A stretch of DNA of 64,000 nt from a virus (taxonomy: Duplodnaviria; Caudoviricetes). Below, piece by piece: positions 1 to 9,319 of the stretch. The notes below the pieces were generated by a model that ran no database searches, was not told the DNA's origin, and worked only from the letters and a program-made list of their open reading frames with translations. The translations under genes were made by a program, and so were the position numbers. The stretch lies in the IMG/VR virus record IMGVR_UViG_3300010167_000013, one strand, 5' to 3'. The stretch's first letter is position 1. Every line of letters starts with the position of its first letter.

Positions 1-992
1 TCAACCTATACAATACCAACAAACACACGTTTGATGATTCTTTCAGGAAGAAACTTCTGATCGCCATGAGACGTAATTTCAGATTCAATCATGACTCATA
101 TAACGAAGATGGTATTTCGTTATTCCGTACATATATCTACACGATAATCGAAGATGAAGTAGATGCAAACTTCGAGTTCAAGATGTACATTGAATACGAG
201 AAGAGTCGCTGTTTGACAATGGATGTGAGGTATCCAAAGGTTCTTGAGTTCCTGAATGAGACTGATAAGCTAGAGCACAAGATACTGATCAACATTAGGC
301 TGTTGCAGTATCAGCTGTTCTTGTTCAACATTGACAAGATCAAAGAGCATCAGAACACAGTGAAGGGATTATTAGCTCAGAGAGATCCTAGTGTTAGGAC
401 TGACCATGACGAATACCTCGAGCAATTATTTGTCACATTAGCAGACTTTGTCGTGTTGATAATGGATGAGGAAGAGTTCAAATCTTACTACAACACAAAC
501 AAGCATGTGTTGGATGAATACATGAAATACAAACTGTTGAATATCATAGTCACTAGATTTAGGCATGATCCTGCATTCAACGATGACATCCTCAAGGAAT
601 ATATTGCATTGATTCTTGGAGAAGAAGCTGTAGAGTTCACGTATGCTGTTTATTTAGAAAAAAATGTATTCAGGTCTCAAGCTTCTCACAAGATAGATGA
701 AAGAATAGCAAAGTTCGAAGCTCTGTTGGATGGAGAAGAGAATCATGACAGACTCAGGAGACTTCATCTTGAGCTGATGGATCTCAATCAGATAGCTGGA
801 AACATCGACAAGGTTACGGATCATGCACTTCAATTCAATCAACTGATGATGGAAAGAGAGCAATATGGTTCCATGTTCAGCTATGAAAATGTCTATGGAA
901 TAAACAATGACGACAATGATAGTACATGGAAAGAACATCTCTACAGCCTGGGAAATAACCAGATAGTTAGCGATGCGTACAATTTAGCATAA
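1..992 (+). CDS. Alpha-helical hypothetical protein, 5'-truncated by window edge
   Basis: Frame is open from position 3 (NLYNTNKHTFDDSFRKKLLIAM...). Internal repeat YNTNKH..D....KLL occurs twice, suggesting a helical-repeat protein. Confidence 0.7.
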   Translation, partial: NLYNTNKHTFDDSFRKKLLIAMRRNFRFNHDSYNEDGISLFRTYIYTIIEDEVDANFEFKMYIEYEKSRCLTMDVRYPKVLEFLNETDKLEHKILINIRLLQYQLFLFNIDKIKEHQNTVKGLLAQRDPSVRTDHDEYLEQLFVTLADFVVLIMDEEEFKSYYNTNKHVLDEYMKYKLLNIIVTRFRHDPAFNDDILKEYIALILGEEAVEFTYAVYLEKNVFRSQASHKIDERIAKFEALLDGEENHDRLRRLHLELMDLNQIAGNIDKVTDHALQFNQLMMEREQYGSMFSYENVYGINNDDNDSTWKEHLYSLGNNQIVSDAYNLA

Positions 993-1000
993 AACCAATT

Positions 1001-1034
1001 TAATATAGCAGTGCCGATCGGCACTGCTATATTA
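1001..1034. terminator. Bidirectional intrinsic terminator
   Basis: Perfect palindrome TAATATAGCAGTGCCGATCGGCACTGCTATATTA between convergent genes. Confidence 0.8.
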
Positions 1035-1046
1035 CTATTTTTTACA

Positions 1047-1523
1047 TTATTTGCCCGGAGTATATGAACCGCCATTGTACGAAGATTGTACACTAGATTG
1101 CACAGGACTATTGTTAGCTGGACATGAATCGTAAGATGAATCATGAGAGTTACAAGTAGCGTAATTACTACCGCCATAATAGCTAGAAGTATTTACAGGG
1201 CTATTGTGTGCACATGGTACAGTCTCTTTAGAGTTTAACCAAGTTTCCATAGTTGCAAGGCGAGATGCCTGAATGAGAGTGCTGTTTGCTGTAACATTCC
1301 CACCAGCATTTGCTACAGCCCCAAGAGCACTTATAGTACCAAGAGTATTATACCCAGCTATGACACTATTCATTTCAGCTGCACTAACTGGGTTAGAATT
1401 CATAGATGCAAATGTATAATTTGATAGCTGGTGTTTTGTTCGTAGATTATTTATTGCAGTTCGAATATTAGTTAGTTGAGCAGATTGAACTACCGAGTTG
1501 CTAGTTGTTAGTGAGAGTGCCAT
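1047..1523 (-). CDS. Tail-fibre-associated small protein with Ser/Asn/Tyr/Cys repeat tail
   Basis: 158 aa with GGAGG RBS. Fibre-like N-terminus (LTNIRTAINNLR); C-terminal repeats NSPV..SSY.GGS.Y with 3 Cys. Confidence 0.6.
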   Translation of the reverse strand: MALSLTTSNSVVQSAQLTNIRTAINNLRTKHQLSNYTFASMNSNPVSAAEMNSVIAGYNTLGTISALGAVANAGGNVTANSTLIQASRLATMETWLNSKETVPCAHNSPVNTSSYYGGSNYATCNSHDSSYDSCPANNSPVQSSVQSSYNGGSYTPGK

Positions 1524-1563
1524 TCATTTATACCTCCTTCTCGAGGATTTCATAATGCATATA

Positions 1564-1905
1564 TCATGAAGCGATCTCTTTGTAAAAGTCTATCAAGTCA
1601 GGATCATTAATCCAGAATACCATTTCTTCAATGGTTTCATCGTTTACGTATTCAATCCTAGATGGCCCATAGCAATATACATGAGGATCATCTCGTACCT
1701 TGATTTTTATATAAGATATGTCAGGACTATTCGGGTCTAACAATCTTCCAAAACGTTTTCTGACACGAGTAGAGAAATTTCCAGCCACACTTCGTATTGA
1801 AAAATATGGATTAGTTTCTTCTTCGTGGATATCTATGATGAATCCTTGTTCAAAGCCAAAGCTACTTTGATCATTCAATATTACAGATATTGACTCAGAT
1901 ATCAT
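1564..1905 (-). CDS. Hypothetical protein
   Basis: 113-aa ORF with GGAGG RBS, co-oriented with neighbours. Confidence 0.65.
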   Translation of the reverse strand: MISESISVILNDQSSFGFEQGFIIDIHEEETNPYFSIRSVAGNFSTRVRKRFGRLLDPNSPDISYIKIKVRDDPHVYCYGPSRIEYVNDETIEEMVFWINDPDLIDFYKEIAS

Positions 1906-1930
1906 GCTCTCATAACCTCCCTCTTATGCA

Positions 1931-1965
1931 AATAAAAGGAGATTCTCAGAGAATCTCCTTTTATT
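1931..1965. terminator. Intrinsic terminator hairpin
   Basis: AATAAAAGGAGATTCTC-A-GAGAATCTCCTTTTATT inverted repeat. Confidence 0.7.
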
Positions 1966-1978
1966 CAATATTATCATA

Positions 1979-2299
1979 TCAAGAGTAAGTAATAGCACTA
2001 CGATCCTGAGCAATGAAGCTTATGATTTCTTGATCATCACTAGAATTGTAGGTGTACTCACACGTTCCCAGAGATACTTTGCTTCCACCCATTTCAAAAG
2101 AAACGTCAAACTTTATATCATCACCATTTATTTTACTGAAGAGATCGTTGAGTTTCTTCTTCATGGCAAACTTATCTTCACCTAACGAGGATATCGTGAG
2201 ATATGAAGTGAGCTTACTTTCATACAATCTCATGTCGAACCCTGTGAGATCATAATCAAACTTTTTCTTATTCACTTGAACTGTCAATTTCTTATTCAT
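1979..2299 (-). CDS. Hypothetical protein
   Basis: 106-aa ORF with GGAGGAG RBS. Confidence 0.65.
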   Translation of the reverse strand: MNKKLTVQVNKKKFDYDLTGFDMRLYESKLTSYLTISSLGEDKFAMKKKLNDLFSKINGDDIKFDVSFEMGGSKVSLGTCEYTYNSSDDQEIISFIAQDRSAITYS

Positions 2300-2356
2300 G
2301 CGATCACTGCTCCTCCGTTCTTTTTTATTAGATAAAGTGAACGTCCAATCGTGTTT

Positions 2357-2965
2357 TTATATATTGCAGATCAGCATGGATATTCTCTCTACAGAGTCTC
2401 CGAAATGATCTTCAAGAGCTTTGCCTATCACAGTACCGGGAGTTCTAAATTCCGATTTAGCTGCAACTCCAGGAATGTTTGATATCGACAACAGATCCCC
2501 TTTTTGAATATTTCCAGTAGCTTTGACGCTGACCCTACCAGCTATACCTACTGGCACATAGTTTTTCACTGTTTCAGGATCATCTTCATCTGCCCCCAGA
2601 ATAAATCCATACGTATCAGAGTACACTCCAACAATGAGGGTTTTGACCTCCTGGATATATTTGGTTATTCCATTTTCTCCCCAGAACACAACATCACCTG
2701 GTGTGATTATTTCTCTGGGGTCATCCTTTATCATCCACTCAGCAAGGTCGTTGTACACAGCCTGTTGTACTCTGCTGGCTGTGTTTATTATTGTCGTTGC
2801 TCCATGAATGAGAGTTCTAGTAGCCCCTATTGTCAGATTTCCACCACTAACTGTAAGATTAGCATTCATAGTAAGAGCACCAGTCATGGTGTCTCCGCTT
2901 CTATTTACTTTGTTTTCCCAGCTAGTACGGTCAGCTAGATCAATATGATGATTTTTGTTAGCCAT
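2357..2965 (-). CDS. Short tail fibre/appendage with C-terminal intramolecular chaperone (peptidase G2-like autocleavage domain)
   Basis: KVNRSGDTMTGAL fibre motif followed by YNDLAEW...PGDVV...VPVGIAGRV.VK...KGDLL...IGKALE. Confidence 0.75.
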   Translation of the reverse strand: MANKNHHIDLADRTSWENKVNRSGDTMTGALTMNANLTVSGGNLTIGATRTLIHGATTIINTASRVQQAVYNDLAEWMIKDDPREIITPGDVVFWGENGITKYIQEVKTLIVGVYSDTYGFILGADEDDPETVKNYVPVGIAGRVSVKATGNIQKGDLLSISNIPGVAAKSEFRTPGTVIGKALEDHFGDSVERISMLICNI

Positions 2966-3040
2966 TGTTCTTTACTCCTTCCTCTAGGGATGGTCATTAT
3001 ATTTTTGTGACTATCTTATTATGTAATGTAGCCCCATGGT

Positions 3041-6000
3041 TTATAATGGGGCTACATTTATCTCAGATGCCGAGGTAGCATATACCAGATGACATGGAGA
3101 GTTAGCTGGATACAAGCTCTGCATCGTAAACATATAAACTGCATGTGCGTCTGATACGTCTAACAAGGTGGGAGATACCAAATCAATCAAAGTGTTATCG
3201 CCCATCAATGCCTTGAAGTCACCTGTTACAGAAATAGTCGGAGTAGTAGTTGGTTTGATATCTTTGAATGGTATTCCGAATACAACACGATTTACTTCAC
3301 CGTTGGCATTAGATGTATTATTTCTGGTTGTAGTGAAACCAACAAATTCAGAAATAACATCATTTCCTCCTCCGGTGAATGTTTCATACCCAGTTCTATC
3401 TTTAACATTGATAGCTGTTGGGGTAACCGTAATGGTAGACTCAATGGAATCGTACACAAGATACCCAATGTTATTCATTGGATGTGCAGGACAGTCGAAT
3501 CTAATTACAGCATGACTGCATGTAGTAACTACAACGCTTGGAGAAGTCAATGCTTTTGTTGTACCATCTCCCATGAGAGCGTTGAAGCTTCCATTGACAG
3601 AAACAGTTGGTAGTACACTCTTGATATCCTTGAATGGTACTGTGAAGAACATTCTTGTTACATCACCATTTATATCAGCAGTGTTATCTCTTGCAAGAGT
3701 GATACCCTTGAAGTCAGACACATCTCCAGCTCCAGCTGCAAATACTTCTAAGTCATCCGGCCAGATAATTCTCTGGTCTGGTCCTATTGAAGATATGGTG
3801 ATACTGGATGCTGGATCTAGCACCAAGATACATGGACTACTGTGAGCAAACGATGTCGCAAGGGTGAAAGATATCATGGCATTGAATCTAGTCACAGATA
3901 CTATTTCAGGACTACTCAATACCACAGATGTATCGTCTCCAAGTAAAGCTTTGAAAGTACCAGCTAGCACAACACTTGGAGCTGAACCTCTCTGCCTGCA
4001 GAATGAAACATTGAACACAACCTTGGTTACTTCACCATTTGCATCACTTGTGTTATAGGCACTCGTGAATCCAACAAATCCGGTTATTCCATCTCCTGCA
4101 AATTCATGAATTTCATCGTCATCCATCCATCTGACATTCTTGTAGATTTCTGGATTCAACAACCTCCAGTTTACTCCATCGAATGAGAATGCATGGGTAC
4201 ACGCACTGCCAATCATGTAGTTCTCAAGAGGAAGTCCACCATACAATATTGGAGCTGGTCCGGTATTCTGAACATCTAACATGGTGGTTGCTGCACTATC
4301 ATCTTCATTGTCAAATGTAATACAAACCATACTTCCAATTTGCCTGATGAATGTAGGATCTATCATATGACTAGATCTCAGTGTTGCAACTTTTATCGAT
4401 ATATCTCCTGCAGTTGTACATTCTCCATGCATTGCTCCTGAGCCATTCTGACGCACCCATGCTGTAGTAGCTATTTGATCATCACTACTATCATCGGCAG
4501 GAGTCGGAGCTTTTGGAATACCAATAAACTCTGGAGAATCTATTGGGGCTCTTGTGATATCATTGGGATGTCTGTGATCTGCTCTAGCATAGAATCCATC
4601 ATCGGTTCCTATGAATACAGTACCATCCATTTCAGGTTCAGTCTCAGCAGATCTGGTATGACCAAATACACCACTGGTAGCTCTACCAAACGTGGATCCA
4701 GAAGGAGAAGTGTGAACCCTAGGAGCTTTTGTTGTATCCAAATATCTACCCATGTTGGCAGATAAACCAGCTACTGCAGAAGTGGACTCGAGATGATCTA
4801 TTACAGTGAATCCCTCGAGATCCAGTATCAAATTAATTACATCGTCAATGTCGGCTTTTCTGTCATTCAATATCCTACCCATGTTAGCCGACAATGGACG
4901 TTCCGCTTCGTACGAGATTAGGTTATTGATTACTTGAGTCTTGACGTATTCCGTAGTAGCTATTCTGTTTGATTTGTCACTAACTGGTTGAGTAGTTGTA
5001 GTGGGAGACTGCTTCAAGTGAATCGATGGCACCAGTTCGGTATCTCCAATTGAAGACGGAATGATGTTGGCCTTGATTATATTATCATCCTCTACTATCA
5101 CTTGGATATGTGTACCGATGCTACCATAATACAACTGTATCAATGCATTTATGTTGATTCTATTCTCGGTTCCATTTGGTAGTACTATTACCAATTCCTT
5201 GGTAGTGGAATCGAAATAGATGTTGTTGAATATGTCGGCAATAGGTATCGGAATATTCAATACGCTATCGTCGTTGAATGTGAATGTCAATGTCCCAGAT
5301 GTATTGTTCCAAGCAACATTCACAACGCAGGTTACTCCTGCCCCACCAAGCAAGATAATTTTATCGTTCAATTCGTCAAGAGCTAACTGAACAGCAGTGG
5401 ATATCGGTTTATTTACGTCTGTGGTATTATCTACATTACCCAATCCTATTTGTGATTTAGTAACACTGTGAGGATTAGCAAAATCATTCAGGTGATTATT
5501 AAATGAAGAAACTGGTACTGCTCCTATCAGAGAAGCACTAACCTTGTGTGGATTTGTGAAATCATTGATATGCTCGTATATATCTTGACGAATACCATCT
5601 AATCCACCAGGTCCATCAAGGAGAGCCTGAATATCACCTATGATAATATCTCTGATATCGAATTCCTTGCTGACAGCCTTCTGAGTAATAAACCCATCGT
5701 CATTCGGACCAAGAGTTTTATACCATTCTGGACGGCCATTGATCTTGTCCCACTTCACCAGTCCATCTGGAAGTTCCCAGCCAGATAATGTCAGATCGTC
5801 AAATAAGTCAGGTAACGATTTCCAGGTGGTATCATAGTTTTCATTTGAGAGTTTGACCAGAAGGTCTGTAATCTCACCACCGACTGCTACACCTTTTCCA
5901 TCAACACCATCTACATAGTCAACACCTTTGATGGGGGTATATCCATCATCACCCTTGATCTTGAAAGATGAAGGAGCTGTAGTTTCATCTGAGAGATCCC

Positions 6001-7078
6001 AGGATATAATTCCCTCACTGTCTATTGAAGGTTTCCATACATTGCCATTCAGTCCATCTCCACCCAATGAATCCTCACCGGCGTTGTTGGATAATACTCT
6101 CAAGAATCTACCCTGTACCCAAACAAACATTGCAGTATCTGGATATCGGATTATCATATCACCCGGGTTCATGTTTGCAAATCCAACTTCTTGCCACATT
6201 AATCCAGGACGTTTAATATAAATAATAACATCTTGAGTTTCGTTGATGAGATAATCTGTCACTGGTTTCAGTGCAAAATAAGTCAAGCTTGGATTAGGTA
6301 CATCGGGAAGTGAATCATTGAAGCCAAGTATGTAGTTGGGATTCCAGTTAGCTGGATGATACTTCACTAACTCGGCCTGATTCGTTCTGTCATCCCACAT
6401 TATATTGAGATAATTGAAGAACGATTCACGTAATGCCTCGAATAAATCATCCACTTCTCTACGAGTGTAGGTACCTGCTTGATGAGCTGTTACGTTGTGA
6501 GGATTATTGGTATCGTAAATGTGTTGATCTACTTCAGTCTGATCTGCTTTTCCATTCCAACGTACTCTCTCATCATTACCAATATGCATATTGGTATTCC
6601 CAATATGAGCTTGTAATGAACTCAGTGGAGCCATAGAGTTCCAACGAGTACGCTCAATATCAGTTGTATGAATCGAGTTATCGTTGATATGAGAGTTCAA
6701 GGCCGACATTGGAGCCCTGGTGTCAATCGAATCACCGATGGCTTTCTCGGTGGGGATCTTTTGATGTGACCTCAGGGATGGATCTCCATTGATACTCTTT
6801 ATTACCTCTAATGCTCCTATCTGCCCCTTGACACCAGACCAGGTCATTATGTTTCCCGGAAGTCCAGCCTGAATGATATCCTGTTTATCAGCAATCAGTC
6901 GATATATGCTCTCAAGTTCATCAGTCAGATTTGAAGAGTTATCATCCATGTTTCTCTTGACAGCATCGAAGACTGTTATTGGATATACAAAATCAAAATC
7001 AAACGGTGGAATTGGGAGTTGATCCGGGTCTAGCCAGTTTCTGCTTTGGACGATTTTCTTGTCTCTTAATTCTCCCAT
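3041..7078 (-). CDS. Long tail fibre protein
   Basis: NPHxVT repeats, GLGNVDNTTDVNKPISTA, APIDSPEFIGIPKAPT..IATTAWV fibre repeats, a collagen-like GYTPIKGVDY segment and three C-terminal ~120-aa beta repeats. Start moved to 7078 (AAAGGAG RBS). Confidence 0.85.
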   Translation of the reverse strand: MGELRDKKIVQSRNWLDPDQLPIPPFDFDFVYPITVFDAVKRNMDDNSSNLTDELESIYRLIADKQDIIQAGLPGNIMTWSGVKGQIGALEVIKSINGDPSLRSHQKIPTEKAIGDSIDTRAPMSALNSHINDNSIHTTDIERTRWNSMAPLSSLQAHIGNTNMHIGNDERVRWNGKADQTEVDQHIYDTNNPHNVTAHQAGTYTRREVDDLFEALRESFFNYLNIMWDDRTNQAELVKYHPANWNPNYILGFNDSLPDVPNPSLTYFALKPVTDYLINETQDVIIYIKRPGLMWQEVGFANMNPGDMIIRYPDTAMFVWVQGRFLRVLSNNAGEDSLGGDGLNGNVWKPSIDSEGIISWDLSDETTAPSSFKIKGDDGYTPIKGVDYVDGVDGKGVAVGGEITDLLVKLSNENYDTTWKSLPDLFDDLTLSGWELPDGLVKWDKINGRPEWYKTLGPNDDGFITQKAVSKEFDIRDIIIGDIQALLDGPGGLDGIRQDIYEHINDFTNPHKVSASLIGAVPVSSFNNHLNDFANPHSVTKSQIGLGNVDNTTDVNKPISTAVQLALDELNDKIILLGGAGVTCVVNVAWNNTSGTLTFTFNDDSVLNIPIPIADIFNNIYFDSTTKELVIVLPNGTENRININALIQLYYGSIGTHIQVIVEDDNIIKANIIPSSIGDTELVPSIHLKQSPTTTTQPVSDKSNRIATTEYVKTQVINNLISYEAERPLSANMGRILNDRKADIDDVINLILDLEGFTVIDHLESTSAVAGLSANMGRYLDTTKAPRVHTSPSGSTFGRATSGVFGHTRSAETEPEMDGTVFIGTDDGFYARADHRHPNDITRAPIDSPEFIGIPKAPTPADDSSDDQIATTAWVRQNGSGAMHGECTTAGDISIKVATLRSSHMIDPTFIRQIGSMVCITFDNEDDSAATTMLDVQNTGPAPILYGGLPLENYMIGSACTHAFSFDGVNWRLLNPEIYKNVRWMDDDEIHEFAGDGITGFVGFTSAYNTSDANGEVTKVVFNVSFCRQRGSAPSVVLAGTFKALLGDDTSVVLSSPEIVSVTRFNAMISFTLATSFAHSSPCILVLDPASSITISSIGPDQRIIWPDDLEVFAAGAGDVSDFKGITLARDNTADINGDVTRMFFTVPFKDIKSVLPTVSVNGSFNALMGDGTTKALTSPSVVVTTCSHAVIRFDCPAHPMNNIGYLVYDSIESTITVTPTAINVKDRTGYETFTGGGNDVISEFVGFTTTRNNTSNANGEVNRVVFGIPFKDIKPTTTPTISVTGDFKALMGDNTLIDLVSPTLLDVSDAHAVYMFTMQSLYPANSPCHLVYATSASEINVAPL

Positions 7079-7210
7079 ACATCTATTCTCTCCTTTACTT
7101 AGAATTAACTTTAACATTTAAAAGGAGGTTGGAGTGTGCTCTAACTATTCCTGTGTCATAAATATATCATATCTGAGCAAGCAGAACTTGGCTCATGTAA
7201 GGAGGCTAAT

Positions 7211-7729
7211 ATGAACATCAATGTTGGTGATCGAGTACAAGTTATAAATGGATCTATTGACGTCAGTAATGGAAATATTGCTAGAACTGGACAATGGTAT
7301 GTGACAGGTAGTTCTATGTGGGCTACTGTTGAACTAATAGATGATCAATGGAAAACTGGGAATAGATGGGAGTTACCATCCACAGTAACTAGAATAAAAT
7401 GTGTGAATAGTGCAGGTACTGTTGTTTGGCAAGTACAACCACATCACATATCACCACAGATAATAAAAACATCGGATAGTGATATTGTTCAGAGAGTTCC
7501 ATTCAAACTCCCACCAATACTAGCACCAACAGAACAAGGAGCATTGGACTTTGGGGTAGCTGGACTAGAATCTACTCCCCTTGAAGAGATTGTGGTCTCT
7601 CCTGTACTTGGTAATGCTCAATTTGCGGAAGAGGGTCCAATGATGAAAACGTCAGGAGCTGTTGGAATAGAAACACATGTTATATCAGGAACTACAATAG
7701 GACAAGGAGAACGTGTGATATATAAATGA
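7211..7729 (+). CDS. Hypothetical protein (baseplate operon)
   Basis: 172-aa ORF with AAGGAGG RBS. Confidence 0.6.
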   Translation: MNINVGDRVQVINGSIDVSNGNIARTGQWYVTGSSMWATVELIDDQWKTGNRWELPSTVTRIKCVNSAGTVVWQVQPHHISPQIIKTSDSDIVQRVPFKLPPILAPTEQGALDFGVAGLESTPLEEIVVSPVLGNAQFAEEGPMMKTSGAVGIETHVISGTTIGQGERVIYK

Positions 7730-7744
7730 AGGGAGTTGAGATAG

Positions 7745-9319
7745 ATGGATGAACAGCTGGACATACTAACAGATGCAGAAAGAAGAAACATCGGAACTCC
7801 TGCTTGGTTGACACGTGATCGTAGTATTCGTGGTCAGGAAGTTATACCAATGACAGCAGACGGTCAGAAAGTACGAGAGTTGTTGAACGAAATCCCTCAG
7901 GATAGACAAAACTCATATGAGTTTCCAGCATATAGAGCAGGTCCTCGGAGAGGTACAGATAGTAATGCCCTAGAGGAAGCTGGTGAACTTGCTCCACATC
8001 GTGGACTAAGAGTTGCTCAATATGATTACCGAATCGATGTTGGAGATGACAGATACCCTCTGACAGGACCAAGTTTGGAAGATAAACTGATGAATGTTCG
8101 TGCATCGGTTGGGCTTCCTGTTCACGGTAGGAATGATATTGCCAAGGCAATGAAGTACTACATGTACAATAGGTTCAAAAGCCCAGATACTAACCTTGCT
8201 CACAATAAGTCATTCACACATGTGTTTTTCACAAGGCCTGATTTAAATTTGCTCAATTATGAATCCACGGCAAATGAACAAGTTAGAAGCTTTGGGGAAA
8301 CTAATATATTGTGGCAAAGAAATCCAGAACTATTCAAACTATTGACAGAAGGTAGCCGTTGCAAGGATAACAATAATTTCAATCTATTGTTGTCAAATCA
8401 GATAACATCATTTGATATCCAAGATGAAATGCTATCCACTCAAGAGGCTGGTAAATCATGGGCTGGATATGAGATGATTTATGGTGATCAATATAATGGA
8501 AGAACTGCTGGAGAATTCAGTTGCGGGTTCACAGAAACTCAAGATTATTCTATCATAAATCTGATCAAGTTGTGGATTACATACATCGACAATGTGGCAA
8601 AGGGAGCTTGGAAGCCATCATATAATCTCAAAGGGGATGGAAGAGCAAAATCGGTATACAGCATGGAAGAATTCAATCTGAGTCATGTCTTCAGCAAGAC
8701 TCTTGATTATGCATCGTCATGCTACGTATTCAAATGTGGACCGGATGGAGAAGAAGTTCTGTATTGGTCAAAGTATTACGGGGTATTCCCAATTAACACA
8801 GGAGCTCAAGCGCTGAGCTGGGAATTGGCTCAGAATATTGGGGATGCTCCAAAATTAAATATTCGATTCAAATATTCGTTCAAGAGAGATTTATCCCCTG
8901 TATCTTTGATTGAGTTCAATGACAATGCCGGTAACCCATCAACATTTGTTCCCAAACATGGTCAGATCACCAATCCAGTGACTTCAAGTGTACACACAGA
9001 TTATTCAAATACAGTGAGGCCATATGTTGGATGTCCCTTTCTCACCATGGAATTTCGTGATCCAGTAACAGTTCCAGTTCGCAACGGAGCTGGTATTGGT
9101 CCTAGTGCTTCTTCTTCGAAGATTAGATTAAAATTTAGAAATGCAGAAGAGTCTGATACCAGGTTATCTGACAGAAACTTATATCGAGCTACGCTTGCAG
9201 GTTCAAACCATGCAGGGTCAACAGCATACCTTCAATCAGCATACAGAGTGAATGAAGATATTCATAGTAGGACGTACGAAGATGGAAGAGTAGAGGAATT
9301 GAGGAGGTATCTGATATGA
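7745..9319 (+). CDS. Virion structural protein, probable baseplate hub/tube initiator
   Basis: VFFTRPDLN and YWSKYYGVFP tube-like motifs as seen in jumbo phage baseplate proteins; translationally coupled to the wedge gene. Confidence 0.5.
   Translation: MDEQLDILTDAERRNIGTPAWLTRDRSIRGQEVIPMTADGQKVRELLNEIPQDRQNSYEFPAYRAGPRRGTDSNALEEAGELAPHRGLRVAQYDYRIDVGDDRYPLTGPSLEDKLMNVRASVGLPVHGRNDIAKAMKYYMYNRFKSPDTNLAHNKSFTHVFFTRPDLNLLNYESTANEQVRSFGETNILWQRNPELFKLLTEGSRCKDNNNFNLLLSNQITSFDIQDEMLSTQEAGKSWAGYEMIYGDQYNGRTAGEFSCGFTETQDYSIINLIKLWITYIDNVAKGAWKPSYNLKGDGRAKSVYSMEEFNLSHVFSKTLDYASSCYVFKCGPDGEEVLYWSKYYGVFPINTGAQALSWELAQNIGDAPKLNIRFKYSFKRDLSPVSLIEFNDNAGNPSTFVPKHGQITNPVTSSVHTDYSNTVRPYVGCPFLTMEFRDPVTVPVRNGAGIGPSASSSKIRLKFRNAEESDTRLSDRNLYRATLAGSNHAGSTAYLQSAYRVNEDIHSRTYEDGRVEELRRYLI

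Noticed and set aside
7133-7214. 26-codon GTG ORF after AAAGGAGG overlapping the next start
   Set aside because: Too short to support without homology or ribosome data.
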